Shown: positions 18,494 through 28,237, counted from the first letter of the stretch. The stretch is DNA of 38,412 nucleotides from Dehalococcoidia bacterium (GCA_027249445.1 JAPNTN010000049.1:1-38412); one strand, 5' to 3'. The notes: a model not told the origin generated them from the sequence alone. Numbers and translations are program-made.

Positions 18494-18559
18494 TCAGCAG
18501 AGTAGTCAGACAACTGTATATTTAAACTCCGAACAATGTAGAAAGGAGCGTATTGTTTA

Positions 18560-19645
18560 ATGAAAGCAGCAGTTTTACGGGAAATTAACAAGCATTTAGA
18601 AGTGGAAGAGGTTTCTATTGATAATCCAGGTCCAAATGAAGTGCTGGTTAGGACGCGAGCAACAGGAGTTTGCCACAGTGATTTACACTTCGTGGAGGGA
18701 AAATATCGTATCAGAATGCCAGCAGTTCTAGGGCACGAAGCAGCAGGGACAGTTGAGTCAGTCGGCAATCTAGTAACTTATGTCCAGCCCGGTGATTCTG
18801 TCATTTTATGCCTCTCAGTATTCTGCGGACACTGTGAATACTGCTTACGAGGTCAACCTCATCTATGTACTAGAACAGACGTTGTCCGCGGACCAGATGA
18901 ACCACCTCGATTAAGTCAACACGGTGAAGCCATTACACAATTTGCGCAGTTAGGGACATATGCGGAGTCGATGCTGGTCCACGAGCATTCGCTAGTCAAA
19001 GTGGACAATGATGTACCCTTTGATAGGTTGGCCCTTATCGGATGCGGCGCAACGACAGGCTTGGGCGCTGCAATGAATACTGCAAAAGTAGAGCCTGGAA
19101 GTACTGTGGCAGTCGTTGGCTGTGGTGGAGTCGGCCTTAACTGCATACAAGGAGCAGTATTAGCAGGGGCGCTACGCATAATTGCTATCGATACGGTTGA
19201 AAGCAAATTAAGCCTAGCAACTCAATTCGGCGCAACAGAAGTCGTAGACGCTTCCACTGGCGATGTTGTACAAAAGGTCATAGATATGACGGATGGAGGG
19301 GTAGATTATTCATTTGAAGCAATTGGATTGAAAGAGACAGCAGAACAATGTTATGAGATGTTGAGACCGGCCGGGACCGCTACGATCATCGGGATGATAC
19401 CTGAGGGGACAAAAATAGAGATCGATGCAGGTAGTTTCCTAAGGCGTGAACGCAAGATACAAGGTAGCTCAATGGGATCAAATAGATTTCGTACCGACAT
19501 GCCGAAATATATTGAGTTTTATAAGCAAGGCAGATTGAAATTGGACGAATTAGTATCCCAGCACCTGAAGTTAGATCAATTAAACCAGGCATTTGCAGAT
19601 ATGAAATCGGGAAATGTCGCTAGAAGTGTAATAACCTTTGACTAA
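18560..19645 (+). CDS. zinc-dependent alcohol dehydrogenase (MDR superfamily, class III-like)
   Basis: GVCHSDLH and GHEAAGTVESVG (catalytic Zn), CGHCEYCLRGQPHLC (structural Zn), GCGGVGLN Rossmann motif. Confidence 0.9.
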   Translation: MKAAVLREINKHLEVEEVSIDNPGPNEVLVRTRATGVCHSDLHFVEGKYRIRMPAVLGHEAAGTVESVGNLVTYVQPGDSVILCLSVFCGHCEYCLRGQPHLCTRTDVVRGPDEPPRLSQHGEAITQFAQLGTYAESMLVHEHSLVKVDNDVPFDRLALIGCGATTGLGAAMNTAKVEPGSTVAVVGCGGVGLNCIQGAVLAGALRIIAIDTVESKLSLATQFGATEVVDASTGDVVQKVIDMTDGGVDYSFEAIGLKETAEQCYEMLRPAGTATIIGMIPEGTKIEIDAGSFLRRERKIQGSSMGSNRFRTDMPKYIEFYKQGRLKLDELVSQHLKLDQLNQAFADMKSGNVARSVITFD

Positions 19646-19688
19646 ACTAGCCCACACAAATAGTTTTCGGAGTAAGATCACTGATCCT

Positions 19689-20795
19689 TTAAGTCGTTGA
19701 TAAGCTTCGTACAGATTTACTTATTGAACCGAGACGAGGCACATTGGTCTTCTCCGATCTAAAGCCATTAGTTATAAAAGCACATGACAATCCGGACACT
19801 GGGTCCGCCCAAGCCACTGATGTACCTGCCCCAGCATGTCCAAAACTACTCTCATCAGGTTGTCCCGTGCAACCCATTCTCGAATCGCCAATCACTAATC
19901 CTAACCCTCGCCTCCGATATCCACCGAGAGACTTATCAGTACCCTCCGCGTGAATGCGTGTCACTTCGGATATGGTCTCAGGCGACAATAAATTTACACC
20001 CTCAAAAGAACCATTCGCATTCAACACAGAATAAAATCTGGCTATATCTCGTGCTGTAGATATACCTCCACCAGAAGGCTGGACGGAACGATGAACTTCC
20101 GGTTGATTGTAAATAGGAATCGCACCAGCCCTATCACAATCCTCCATAGCGTGTACACGGGAAACTCTATCCCCCAGGCCTCTTGGTAACCCGAGATAGC
20201 TATCCGTCATTCCCAATGGAAGAAAGATTTCTTCAGACATGAACTGATCTATAGGTCTACCATCAACTCGCCGTATGACCTCTCCAAGAACCCAGCCATA
20301 ATTACGTGGATGATATGCCATCACTTCACCAGGTTTATATTGCGGCGTCACCCCAGATATAACTCTGGTAACGAAATCCCAGTCTTCCCATTTATTCCAG
20401 GTAAGAGATGAAGGTGTTTGCGGAAATCCTCCCTGATGGGTAAGAACATGTCGTATAGTTATTTCTTCCTTACCATTCTTAGAAAATTCAGGCCAATAAG
20501 TAGCAACGGGCTCATCCCACTGTAATAGGCCACGTTCCCACAGGATATATACGCATGCAGCGGTCAGTGGCTTAGTGCAGGAATACAAAATAAACATAGT
20601 ATCAGAAGACACCTGCTTGCCAGACTCCCGATCAGCAAGGCCACCATATAAATCTACAACTAGACTTCCTTGGTAATAAACAGATAGGGCAGCTCCAGGG
20701 TGAAACCCTTTCTCAATTTGGCCATAAAATAAATCTGCTAAGTTTTCTACCCTATCAGATGAAATATTATTTCGTATAAGCGATTTATCAACCAA
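19689..20795 (-). CDS. serine hydrolase of the beta-lactamase (class C / esterase EstB-like) family
   Basis: 368 aa. S-x-x-K motif in FILYSCTKPLTA. Overall transpeptidase-fold pattern with an HAGAGTS segment late in the protein. TTG start. Confidence 0.8.
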   Translation of the reverse strand: MVDKSLIRNNISSDRVENLADLFYGQIEKGFHPGAALSVYYQGSLVVDLYGGLADRESGKQVSSDTMFILYSCTKPLTAACVYILWERGLLQWDEPVATYWPEFSKNGKEEITIRHVLTHQGGFPQTPSSLTWNKWEDWDFVTRVISGVTPQYKPGEVMAYHPRNYGWVLGEVIRRVDGRPIDQFMSEEIFLPLGMTDSYLGLPRGLGDRVSRVHAMEDCDRAGAIPIYNQPEVHRSVQPSGGGISTARDIARFYSVLNANGSFEGVNLLSPETISEVTRIHAEGTDKSLGGYRRRGLGLVIGDSRMGCTGQPDESSFGHAGAGTSVAWADPVSGLSCAFITNGFRSEKTNVPRLGSISKSVRSLSTT

Positions 20796-20854
20796 TTAAA
20801 AACTCGCTGTTGCCATTTTAGTGAGCACTAACTCACATTCGGCTGCACAGAGCC

Positions 20855-21781
20855 TCATTTATGAAACAATGGCAGAATCTCTTGTCCCATCCTCTCCAAC
20901 TGCTCCATAGATTCAGTACCAGAACAAAGCGGACGTACAGCGAACTTAAATCCACCGGCGTCGATATATTTTTGAATCATCTCAGCAATTTGTTCCACAG
21001 TACCCAAGGCTGTAAATTCCGTGAAAGGCACATCTGGCCGATGACGCGTGACAAATTGATGAGATGTATTAACCGCATTTTCATAATCATCAGAAATATA
21101 AAATCCCAGCAACACTCCTATATGGTCCTCTTCAATTTCTCTATTGGCTTTATCTGCAGTATCAAAGACGACATTTCGTCCAAGACTAACCTCTTGTGGT
21201 GTCGCACTAGATACAAGCCAACCATCCCCTACACGACCTACCCGTCTAGCAGCTGCCATGCTTCTGCCACCGATCCAGACAGGGGGAGATGGTTTGAGGT
21301 AGGTTTTAGGAGTAATACTCACATCATGGCACGTAAAAAATTCACCTTCATACGTAACATTGTCTTCCTCCCACAACATACGCATCAAGCGAATGGCTTC
21401 ATCTGTACGACGTCCACGATCCCCTTTCGGAACACCACATGCTTCATACTCCCCAGGATCTTCTTGACCCAGACCAACTGCCGGAAAGAATCTCCCTTTC
21501 GACAAATAATCTAGAGTAGCTATCTGTTTGGCCAATATCACAGGGTTACGCAATGGCAGCGCCAAGACACTCGTTCCAAACTTCATCCGTTCCGAGTACG
21601 CCGCTATCATTGATAAAGCTACTATGGGTTCGAGATTAAAACTGTCGCTGACAATACGATCACTTAACCATATCGAATCATATTCATACCTATCGCCAAG
21701 ATCTACTAAGTCCTTCAAAAAATCAGGGTTATCACCGCCTTGACCAAAGGCTCCAGGAACGTATCCTATCGCTACACTCAT
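20855..21781 (-). CDS. LLM-class F420/flavin-dependent oxidoreductase
   Basis: 308 aa. YDSIWLSDR, LDYLSKGRFFPAVGLG, PPVWIGG, GDGWLVS motifs. GGGAGGG SD. Confidence 0.85.
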   Translation of the reverse strand: MSVAIGYVPGAFGQGGDNPDFLKDLVDLGDRYEYDSIWLSDRIVSDSFNLEPIVALSMIAAYSERMKFGTSVLALPLRNPVILAKQIATLDYLSKGRFFPAVGLGQEDPGEYEACGVPKGDRGRRTDEAIRLMRMLWEEDNVTYEGEFFTCHDVSITPKTYLKPSPPVWIGGRSMAAARRVGRVGDGWLVSSATPQEVSLGRNVVFDTADKANREIEEDHIGVLLGFYISDDYENAVNTSHQFVTRHRPDVPFTEFTALGTVEQIAEMIQKYIDAGGFKFAVRPLCSGTESMEQLERMGQEILPLFHK

Positions 21782-21842
21782 ATGACCCTCCCTAAGAATC
21801 TTTTAGGGCATACATCTGACTATACTACTAAACGTATCAGAA

Positions 21843-22784
21843 TCAATCTTGGATAGGTTTCATGCCCGCTTCTATGCGGGCATCATTGATATGCTCTAAT
21901 ACCCTTGCCCGCAAAGGAGGCATTTCATATCCAATGTCCGCTAACATGCGGCTGTGATCGACCTTATATACGTGTGGCACAGGACGGTTGCCCATAGTTA
22001 TCTGGGCATCCGGTATTATGCTTTTCACCAAGTCTGCCATTTCCCGTATCGTAGCTAGATGCCCACCGCTGATATAAACAGGATGATTTAACTTATCGGC
22101 CAAAGCAACTTGAACAAATATCTCAGCGGCATCCTCTGCATGTATCATTGGGGAAGGTTCCTCTGGATCAAAATCCATTTCGACAGACTTTCCAATAGCT
22201 GGTAATGACATTAATAATCCACCTATCATTCCGGTCATGCCTGTTATTCTACCGTGACCAAAAACCGTGCATATTCTTACACCACGGATATCCATGTCAA
22301 AATTGCTTCTGTATTTAGCCGCCGCGAAATCATTGGCAGCCTTGGTCATTCCATACATATTTATAGGCGCTGATAAGTCATCTTCATTTATCAACCTATC
22401 ACCAAAAGTTTCTTGAACACCATAAACAGCAATGGAACTTGCGTAGACTATCCTTTTCATATTAGTCCAACGACCAACTTCAAAAACGTTATTAGTGCCC
22501 TGTATGTTAACTTGCATCCCGAAATGAGGGCGATCTTCAGTATCTGGGGGAAGAAGAGCTGCCATATGTATAATTCGATCTACATCATGAAAATTTATGG
22601 CCTCTAAAAGGTGGGGTATCTGAGTCACATCACCTCGGTATATCTTGATACGATCCAGAAAGGGTTGAAGGTTTTCCCTTGGAGGGGCGAGATCAAAACA
22701 AACAACTTCTTCGCCTTTTTCCAAGAGCTTCCTAATAATCCGATTTCCAATAAATCCTGTACCGCCAGTCACCATTACAGACAT
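21843..22784 (-). CDS. NAD-dependent epimerase/dehydratase (extended SDR)
   Basis: MVTGGTGFIGNRII glycine-rich loop and YGMTKAAND (YxxxK). AGGAG lies 8 nt upstream. Confidence 0.85.
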   Translation of the reverse strand: MSVMVTGGTGFIGNRIIRKLLEKGEEVVCFDLAPPRENLQPFLDRIKIYRGDVTQIPHLLEAINFHDVDRIIHMAALLPPDTEDRPHFGMQVNIQGTNNVFEVGRWTNMKRIVYASSIAVYGVQETFGDRLINEDDLSAPINMYGMTKAANDFAAAKYRSNFDMDIRGVRICTVFGHGRITGMTGMIGGLLMSLPAIGKSVEMDFDPEEPSPMIHAEDAAEIFVQVALADKLNHPVYISGGHLATIREMADLVKSIIPDAQITMGNRPVPHVYKVDHSRMLADIGYEMPPLRARVLEHINDARIEAGMKPIQD

Positions 22785-22911
22785 AAATCAGGCTCCTACA
22801 AATATCCAATATAAATTCTGGGGATGTAGCTTGAGCAATCATACTGTCGTAATACTCAGCTATCAATATATGCATTATGACTTGAGTGTACTTTAACTAT
22901 ATAGGCGACAA

Positions 22912-23643
22912 CTATATAGGCGACTTCTTTGCCAAACCGGCCTTCCTAGGATAACGAACTGGGCTTAAGCTAGTTTTTTCTACTATTACCAAAATTCTAT
23001 TATCTTGGAGACTCGTCAGATTAACATCACAAACAGTATGTTCAGAACCGCCCAATAAGCGAGAGGCATTAACGGATTCTGAGAGTTCTTCCTCTATACC
23101 CCCATGTTTCCATGCGACTACTTTTCCTCCAACCGCACAAAATGGCAAAGTATATTCCAAAAGGACCGGCATTCTAGCCACAGCACGTGCTAAAACAAAA
23201 TCGAATCGTTCTCTCATATTAGGATCATGTGCCAACTGCTCCGCACGATCTGTAAACACTTTAACACCGGAAAGATTTAAACGGGAAAGCAAATGATTTA
23301 AAAATCCCGTTTTTTTGCCTATCGAATCAATCAAAGAAATGTCTAGAGATGGAAACATAATCTTTAAAGGTAATCCCGGAAATCCTGCACCAGTTCCCAC
23401 ATCGATGACCTTGGCATCTTCTATTTCTTTAGCATCAAAAGCTAGTAATAACGTTAGTGAATCCAGAAAATGCTTCACTTGAACTTCAAAGTAATCAATG
23501 ATAGAAGTGAGGTTTATACGCTCATTCCAAGAACAAAGTTCATTATAATAAGTTTGAAATGCTTCTTCCTGAGAGCTAGTCATGGGAACGCCTAATTCCT
23601 GCATTCCTTCATTCAGTAAATTAAGTGAGGTCATAAGATACAC
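22912..23643 (-). CDS. rsmG: 16S rRNA (guanine527-N7)-methyltransferase RsmG
   Basis: WNERINLTSI, VIDVGTGAGFPGLPLKI and ARAVA motifs of GidB/RsmG. GTG start at 23643, or ATG at 23634. Confidence 0.88.
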   Translation of the reverse strand: MYLMTSLNLLNEGMQELGVPMTSSQEEAFQTYYNELCSWNERINLTSIIDYFEVQVKHFLDSLTLLLAFDAKEIEDAKVIDVGTGAGFPGLPLKIMFPSLDISLIDSIGKKTGFLNHLLSRLNLSGVKVFTDRAEQLAHDPNMRERFDFVLARAVARMPVLLEYTLPFCAVGGKVVAWKHGGIEEELSESVNASRLLGGSEHTVCDVNLTSLQDNRILVIVEKTSLSPVRYPRKAGLAKKSPI

Positions 23644-23801
23644 ATCAATAATCTATTTCAATATCATTATACCCAAAACATCGCATTCTTAATCCCAAAT
23701 TGACAGTGATATGGGTCAAAAGTAAAATTGGTTAATCTCAACGATCACCTATAAAACAATAAACATATCGGATTATTAGCAGCGCACACTAGGGAGTAAA
23801 A

Positions 23802-24038
23802 ATGGCTATCAAAGCATACATTTTAGTTGAAACATCTGTAGGGCAAACACTAACTGTGGTCGATACTATTAGAGGGTTTGATGGCATAGATATCGTAGAC
23901 GTAGTAACTGGACCTTATGACATCATAGCAGTTTTTAATGCCAAAGACATGACAGAGATAGGCACTCTAGTTACAGAGAAAATCCATAATGTAGAAGGGG
24001 TTCTTAGAGCTGTCACATGCATAGCCACTGGTAATTAG
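23802..24038 (+). CDS. stand-alone Lrp/AsnC ligand-binding (RAM) domain protein
   Basis: 78 aa. AYILVETSVGQ...GPYDIIAVFNAKDMTEIGTLVTEKIHNVEGV is the beta-alpha-beta-beta-alpha-beta RAM pattern without an HTH. GGGAG SD. Confidence 0.75.
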   Translation: MAIKAYILVETSVGQTLTVVDTIRGFDGIDIVDVVTGPYDIIAVFNAKDMTEIGTLVTEKIHNVEGVLRAVTCIATGN

Positions 24039-24107
24039 AAGCCCTACACGTAAATACACTAGAGAATACTATTAATTATTTTTCAATTATAAAAGAGGTA
24101 AACATCT

Positions 24108-25283
24108 GTGGACTTTCAGTTTAGTCCAGAAGACGATCTATTCCGTCAAGAACTTCGAAGCTTTGTAAAGTCCCAACTACCGGACAACTGGGAAGGTGGG
24201 GGACGATGGCCAGAAGAATGGGACTGGGATTTCACCATGTCCCTTAGGGGAAAACTAGCTGAGAAAGGCTGGTTAACCATGCATTGGCCAAAAGAATACG
24301 GCGGTCAGGACGCATCTCCAATCAAATCTGCTATTTATAATGAAGAACTAGCTTACATGCGAGCTCCAGGCAGAGATATATTCGGGGTACGCATGCTAGG
24401 GCCAACATTGATGATCCATGGCACAGAAGAACAGAAGAAGGTTCATTTACCGCCTATATCGCGAGGTGAAATTCAGTGGTGTCAAGGATACAGTGAGCCC
24501 GAATCTGGCTCAGATTTAGCATCATTAGCTACAAGGGCTGTACTTGATGACGACGAATATGTATTAAATGGAACTAAGATATGGACTACGTTAGGACATA
24601 GGGCTGATTGGATATTTTGCCTGGCAAGAACCGACCCAGACGCACCTAAACACAGAGGCATAAGTTTCTTGTTGATTGACATGAAGAGTCCTGGTATAGA
24701 AGTCCGTCCAATAGTAAATATGGCAGGGGGACACGAGTTCAATCAAGTTATATTCGACAACGTTAGAGTTCCAAGAAGTAATATAGTTGGAGAAGAGAAT
24801 AAAGGTTGGTACGTCGCAGTCACTTTGTTAGATTTCGAGAGATCCGGAATAGATTATTCCGCTATGGCACATAGATTACTAGATGAAATACGAGATTATA
24901 CCAGTGAAACAAAGATAAATGGCGAAGTAATGTTAGACATACCATGGGTTCAGGACTTGCTAGCTGATAGGTATGTGGAATGCGAAGCTGCTAGATTAAT
25001 GGCCTACAACGTGGCATACCTGCAGGGAGAAGACCTAGTACCAAACAAGGAAGCCTCAATAAGTAAAGTCTTTGGCAGTGAAACTCTACAAAGAGTAACT
25101 GAATCCGCTTTAAAAATACTTGGCCCATATGGATCAATCGGTCGAAATGATAAATGGGCACCATTACGTGGAAGGATACAAGAACACTGGATGATAAGCT
25201 TTTCTCACAAACTTGCCGGTGGAACATCCGAGGTCCAACGTAACATAATTGCGGGACGTGGACTTGATCTACCTAGAGGTTAG
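24108..25283 (+). CDS. acyl-CoA dehydrogenase
   Basis: 391 aa, GTG start with AAGAGG upstream. WPKEYGGQ, QGYSEPESGSDLASL, LNGTKIWTT and GGTSEVQRNIIA motifs. Confidence 0.9.
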   Translation: MDFQFSPEDDLFRQELRSFVKSQLPDNWEGGGRWPEEWDWDFTMSLRGKLAEKGWLTMHWPKEYGGQDASPIKSAIYNEELAYMRAPGRDIFGVRMLGPTLMIHGTEEQKKVHLPPISRGEIQWCQGYSEPESGSDLASLATRAVLDDDEYVLNGTKIWTTLGHRADWIFCLARTDPDAPKHRGISFLLIDMKSPGIEVRPIVNMAGGHEFNQVIFDNVRVPRSNIVGEENKGWYVAVTLLDFERSGIDYSAMAHRLLDEIRDYTSETKINGEVMLDIPWVQDLLADRYVECEAARLMAYNVAYLQGEDLVPNKEASISKVFGSETLQRVTESALKILGPYGSIGRNDKWAPLRGRIQEHWMISFSHKLAGGTSEVQRNIIAGRGLDLPRG

Positions 25284-25609
25284 GCAGCAAACAACTGTAT
25301 TTCATCTTGAGAAATATTTACTTCAACATCCTCACGACACCTACGCATAATACGAAATATAGTCCTTACAGTCACTGAGAATTTATCTGCTGTTTGCTCA
25401 ACAGTAAGATTTTCATTTTTCATTGCGGATAATATTTTTAGATCCTTCGCTATTCTGCGGTTCTTCTGATACCAGGTAGGATCATCATATTTACACTGTG
25501 GAAGCGGGCATTTTAAACACGATGACGAAACCTCGCAACCCGTATCTTCATAATGATAAAACTCTGGGATTGAATCCAATTCAGGCTTAGATATAATCAT
25601 ACTAACCAT
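25280..25609 (-). CDS. small Cys4 + helix-turn-helix protein (putative transcriptional regulator)
   Basis: 109 aa. N-terminal C-x5-C-x2-C-x4-C (CEVSSSCLKCPLPQC). C-terminal HTH-like LTVEQTADKFSVTVRTIFRIMRR. AGGTG SD. Its stop overlaps the convergent ACAD stop by 4 nt. Confidence 0.6.
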   Translation of the reverse strand: MVSMIISKPELDSIPEFYHYEDTGCEVSSSCLKCPLPQCKYDDPTWYQKNRRIAKDLKILSAMKNENLTVEQTADKFSVTVRTIFRIMRRCREDVEVNISQDEIQLFAA

Positions 25610-25610
25610 T

Positions 25611-25715
25611 TAGAACACCTCGAATATTTGTTCTATAGAACGTATGATCTTATTTTAGAACGCGCGTTCTATTACTGTCAATAGTTTTTGAGGCCAAATT
25701 AGCACTAGTGTTCTA
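25611..25715. promoter_or_regulatory. operator cluster: six TAGAAC/GTTCTA hexamers including two perfect palindromes
   Basis: TAGAAC at 25611, 25636 and 25656. GTTCTA at 25630, 25666 and 25710. They form GTTCTATAGAAC (25630-25641) and TAGAACGCGCGTTCTA (25656-25671) in the divergent intergenic region. Confidence 0.6.
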
Positions 25716-25740
25716 ATAAATTATGCCTAAGGAGATAATC

Positions 25741-26520
25741 GTGACTGAATACGAAACACTTACATATGATAGAAAAGGGAAAATTGGATACATAATGATA
25801 AACCGACCTGATGCATTGAATTCTGTGACAGACCAGTTTGAAGATGATATGGAAGAAGCGTTGTTAGAATTTGATATAGATGAGGACGCTTGGGTTTGTA
25901 TCCTCTACGGGACCGGAAGATGCTTTTGCGCCGGCGCTGATATAAAACAACGATTCGTCAATATGACTCCTCAATCCCGAGCCAGACGGGCTCGGGGAAA
26001 CAGTCCAGACCATCGTCTTGGACGTTCTATAAACTGGAAACCTGTGATTGCAGCTGTTCACGGGTATGCATTGGGAGCTGGCATGTCTATGGCAGCAGAA
26101 TGTGACTTAATAGTAGCTTCTGAAGAGACTCTATTTGGAATCACAGAGACTAAAAGAGGAGTACCTGGAGGTGGAGTCTGGGCAAAAGTTTCAGCATTCA
26201 TGCCATCAAAAATCGCCACAGAGATGCTTATAACTGGTGAACCTATCAGTGCTGGTGAACTGTATAGATTAGGACTCATTAACCGCCTAGTCCCAACAGG
26301 AAAACACTTAGAAGCAGCTGAAGAATTAGCCGAAAAACTCCTAAAAACTCCTCCATTAGCTTCTAGAGCCGGCGTGCGAATAACTAGAAGATCATGGCTA
26401 CATTCTGTCGCAGATGCGCAAATGTACAATCAACCACTAAAACTGCATCTATCAGAAGATTTTCAGGAAGCTAGCAAATCATTTGTAGAAAAAAGGCCAC
26501 CTGAATACCACGCCCGATAA
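25741..26520 (+). CDS. enoyl-CoA hydratase/isomerase (crotonase) family protein
   Basis: GTG at 25741 with AAGGAG (25729-25734) 6 nt upstream. The ORF-track ATG at 25723 contains that SD. INRPDALNS, CAGADI and GYALGAGMSMA motifs. Confidence 0.88.
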   Translation: MTEYETLTYDRKGKIGYIMINRPDALNSVTDQFEDDMEEALLEFDIDEDAWVCILYGTGRCFCAGADIKQRFVNMTPQSRARRARGNSPDHRLGRSINWKPVIAAVHGYALGAGMSMAAECDLIVASEETLFGITETKRGVPGGGVWAKVSAFMPSKIATEMLITGEPISAGELYRLGLINRLVPTGKHLEAAEELAEKLLKTPPLASRAGVRITRRSWLHSVADAQMYNQPLKLHLSEDFQEASKSFVEKRPPEYHAR

Positions 26521-26604
26521 AACTAGTCACATGGGCACTGATTTAATACACAGATTAGAAAAACTTGAATCAAGGTCCATGTGACACGCCATTACAAACG
26601 CATA

Positions 26605-27597
26605 TTAATATTTGGTAGCAAATTCTGGAAGGACTTCTTTACCAAACATGTTTACAGCATTTAGTGATTCTTCGTTAGACATTCCAGGCCATTGGCAACG
26701 TAATATTAACTCTTGGATGCCAAGGTCCTGATATCTATATATTTCTCTAATGCAGTCATCAGGACTTCCAATGATAAACCTATCTTTCAAAACTTGGTCA
26801 AATTCAACATCTATGCGATCTGCTGAAGGCAATTCATTGCTATGCCCAGAGGCCGCTCTATCTTTGTACAGCCATTCCACATGAGGTCTAGCTATATCTA
26901 TCGCTTTTTCCCTAGTCTCAGCGATAAACATTTCTCTCCATGCAGAAATGTAAGGCTTTTTAGAATACTCTTCTGCGGCTCCATTATATAATTGGACTTG
27001 AGAGGAAATGGTAGTAATGGTAGATCTTGAACTAACTAACCACCCATCTCCCTGCCTGGCAGCTCTAACTACTCCACGATCCTGGTTCGCCGCTATGTAT
27101 ATGAGTGGATATGGTTCCTGTAAAGGCTTTCCAGCACCCGGTACATCATTAATATTGAAGTGATCTCCCTGGAACGTAACTCGTTCCTCAGTCCACAAAA
27201 GTTTCATGACCTTAAGAACTTCCCTAAATCGTGACAAGCGTTGATTCTTGGGTATGCCAAAACCGTCAAATTGATAGTCACGCCAACCAAGAGCAGGTGC
27301 CAAAATAAATCTTCCGCCACATATTACGTCTAACGTTGCTATCTGCTCAGCTACCTCGACAGGATGATATAGAGGAAGAAGTCCCACCATGCCTAGTTCC
27401 AACCCCGGAGCTTCAGCCGCTACTCTTGACAGTAACAACATTGGGTGAAAATCATTGTTCAGATACCCTGCTCCAGACCAGATCGAACTATACCCATACC
27501 TTTTAGCCAATCGAGATTTCTCTAATCGACCATTAAGTGATTCTTCTCTAGATTCATGAGGTAAGTTTCCACCGCCAAGATTTAATCCAAATTTCAT
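26605..27597 (-). CDS. LLM-class F420/flavin-dependent oxidoreductase
   Basis: ATG at 27597 (MKFGLNLGG) with GGAGAG 7 nt upstream. YSSIWSG, LDVICGGRFILAPALGW and GDGWLVSS motifs. Confidence 0.85.
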   Translation of the reverse strand: MKFGLNLGGGNLPHESREESLNGRLEKSRLAKRYGYSSIWSGAGYLNNDFHPMLLLSRVAAEAPGLELGMVGLLPLYHPVEVAEQIATLDVICGGRFILAPALGWRDYQFDGFGIPKNQRLSRFREVLKVMKLLWTEERVTFQGDHFNINDVPGAGKPLQEPYPLIYIAANQDRGVVRAARQGDGWLVSSRSTITTISSQVQLYNGAAEEYSKKPYISAWREMFIAETREKAIDIARPHVEWLYKDRAASGHSNELPSADRIDVEFDQVLKDRFIIGSPDDCIREIYRYQDLGIQELILRCQWPGMSNEESLNAVNMFGKEVLPEFATKY

Positions 27598-27662
27598 ACC
27601 ACAGCTCTCCACGGCAGATAACATCACAGGGCTAGATTATTCACCCCAAACATTATCTATTC

Positions 27663-28235
27663 TTAAACTAGTTGCGAAAAGTAGTCTCTAGATTCCATCA
27701 TGCGCGGATGAACCTGATTTCCGCGTTGTATGAGACTATCAACTTCCCTTCTAAGAAACTCAAACATAGCCAAGTCCAAATTTGAACCTGCTAATTCATA
27801 TAAATACTTCTGATATGGGTACTTTTTATTCTTTTGAGGATCAAGTTTATCAGCTAGGAAAACTATCTTGCCGATCTCATCTAGAGTATCGCTTCCTGTG
27901 GTATGCCAATATACCGCGTTCAGTATAGATTCATCCTCTACGCCATCTTCTATCCTAACGATTTCAGACCCAACAGGACCATGGAGCAACATTGGTATAT
28001 CTCTTTCGATTGTGCAGATGTCCATGTTCATATCAGATGCCCTAATCAGCAATTCACTGTCTGGCATGGCTCGAGCCACATCATGGCATAGAGCGCCTAA
28101 CCGTCCTAGGTCAGGGTCTACTCCATTACTATCACTCAGTCTGGCTGCTATTTCTTCAACTCTGTTTATGTGTGACTGAAGCCCAAGGGGCAATCTAGAT
28201 ACCCGATTCCTAATGACGCCGATAATTCCCAGCAC
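27663..28235 (-). CDS. yqeK: HD-domain hydrolase YqeK (bis(5'-nucleosyl)-tetraphosphatase, symmetrical)
   Basis: 190 aa. HINRVEEIA...CHDVAR (H...HD), LLHGPVG, YWHTTG and VFLADKLDP, as in YqeK. GTG start 2 nt after the HIT gene stop. Confidence 0.78.
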   Translation of the reverse strand: MLGIIGVIRNRVSRLPLGLQSHINRVEEIAARLSDSNGVDPDLGRLGALCHDVARAMPDSELLIRASDMNMDICTIERDIPMLLHGPVGSEIVRIEDGVEDESILNAVYWHTTGSDTLDEIGKIVFLADKLDPQKNKKYPYQKYLYELAGSNLDLAMFEFLRREVDSLIQRGNQVHPRMMESRDYFSQLV

Positions 28236-28237
28236 TA

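Noticed and set aside
20861-21514. 217-aa plus-strand ORF. Similar long antisense ORFs occur at 835-1200, 10701-11123, 11253-11579, 14359-14775, 18364-18768, 26058-26429 and 32260-32643.
   Set aside because: All lie fully inside strongly supported genes on the opposite strand. They have odd composition and no SD or motifs, so they are shadow ORFs.
25611-25715. Repeat cluster considered as a mini CRISPR array or MITE
   Set aside because: The repeats are only 6 nt and occur in both orientations with irregular spacing of 0-38 nt. There are no terminal inverted repeats with target-site duplication. This is operator-like rather than CRISPR or a mobile element.
26526-26585. 9-bp inverted repeat GTCACATGG-N42-CCATGTGAC between the convergent crotonase and LLM genes
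   Set aside because: The loop is too large for a classical terminator and there is no U-tract. It may be meaningful, but nothing supports a specific call.
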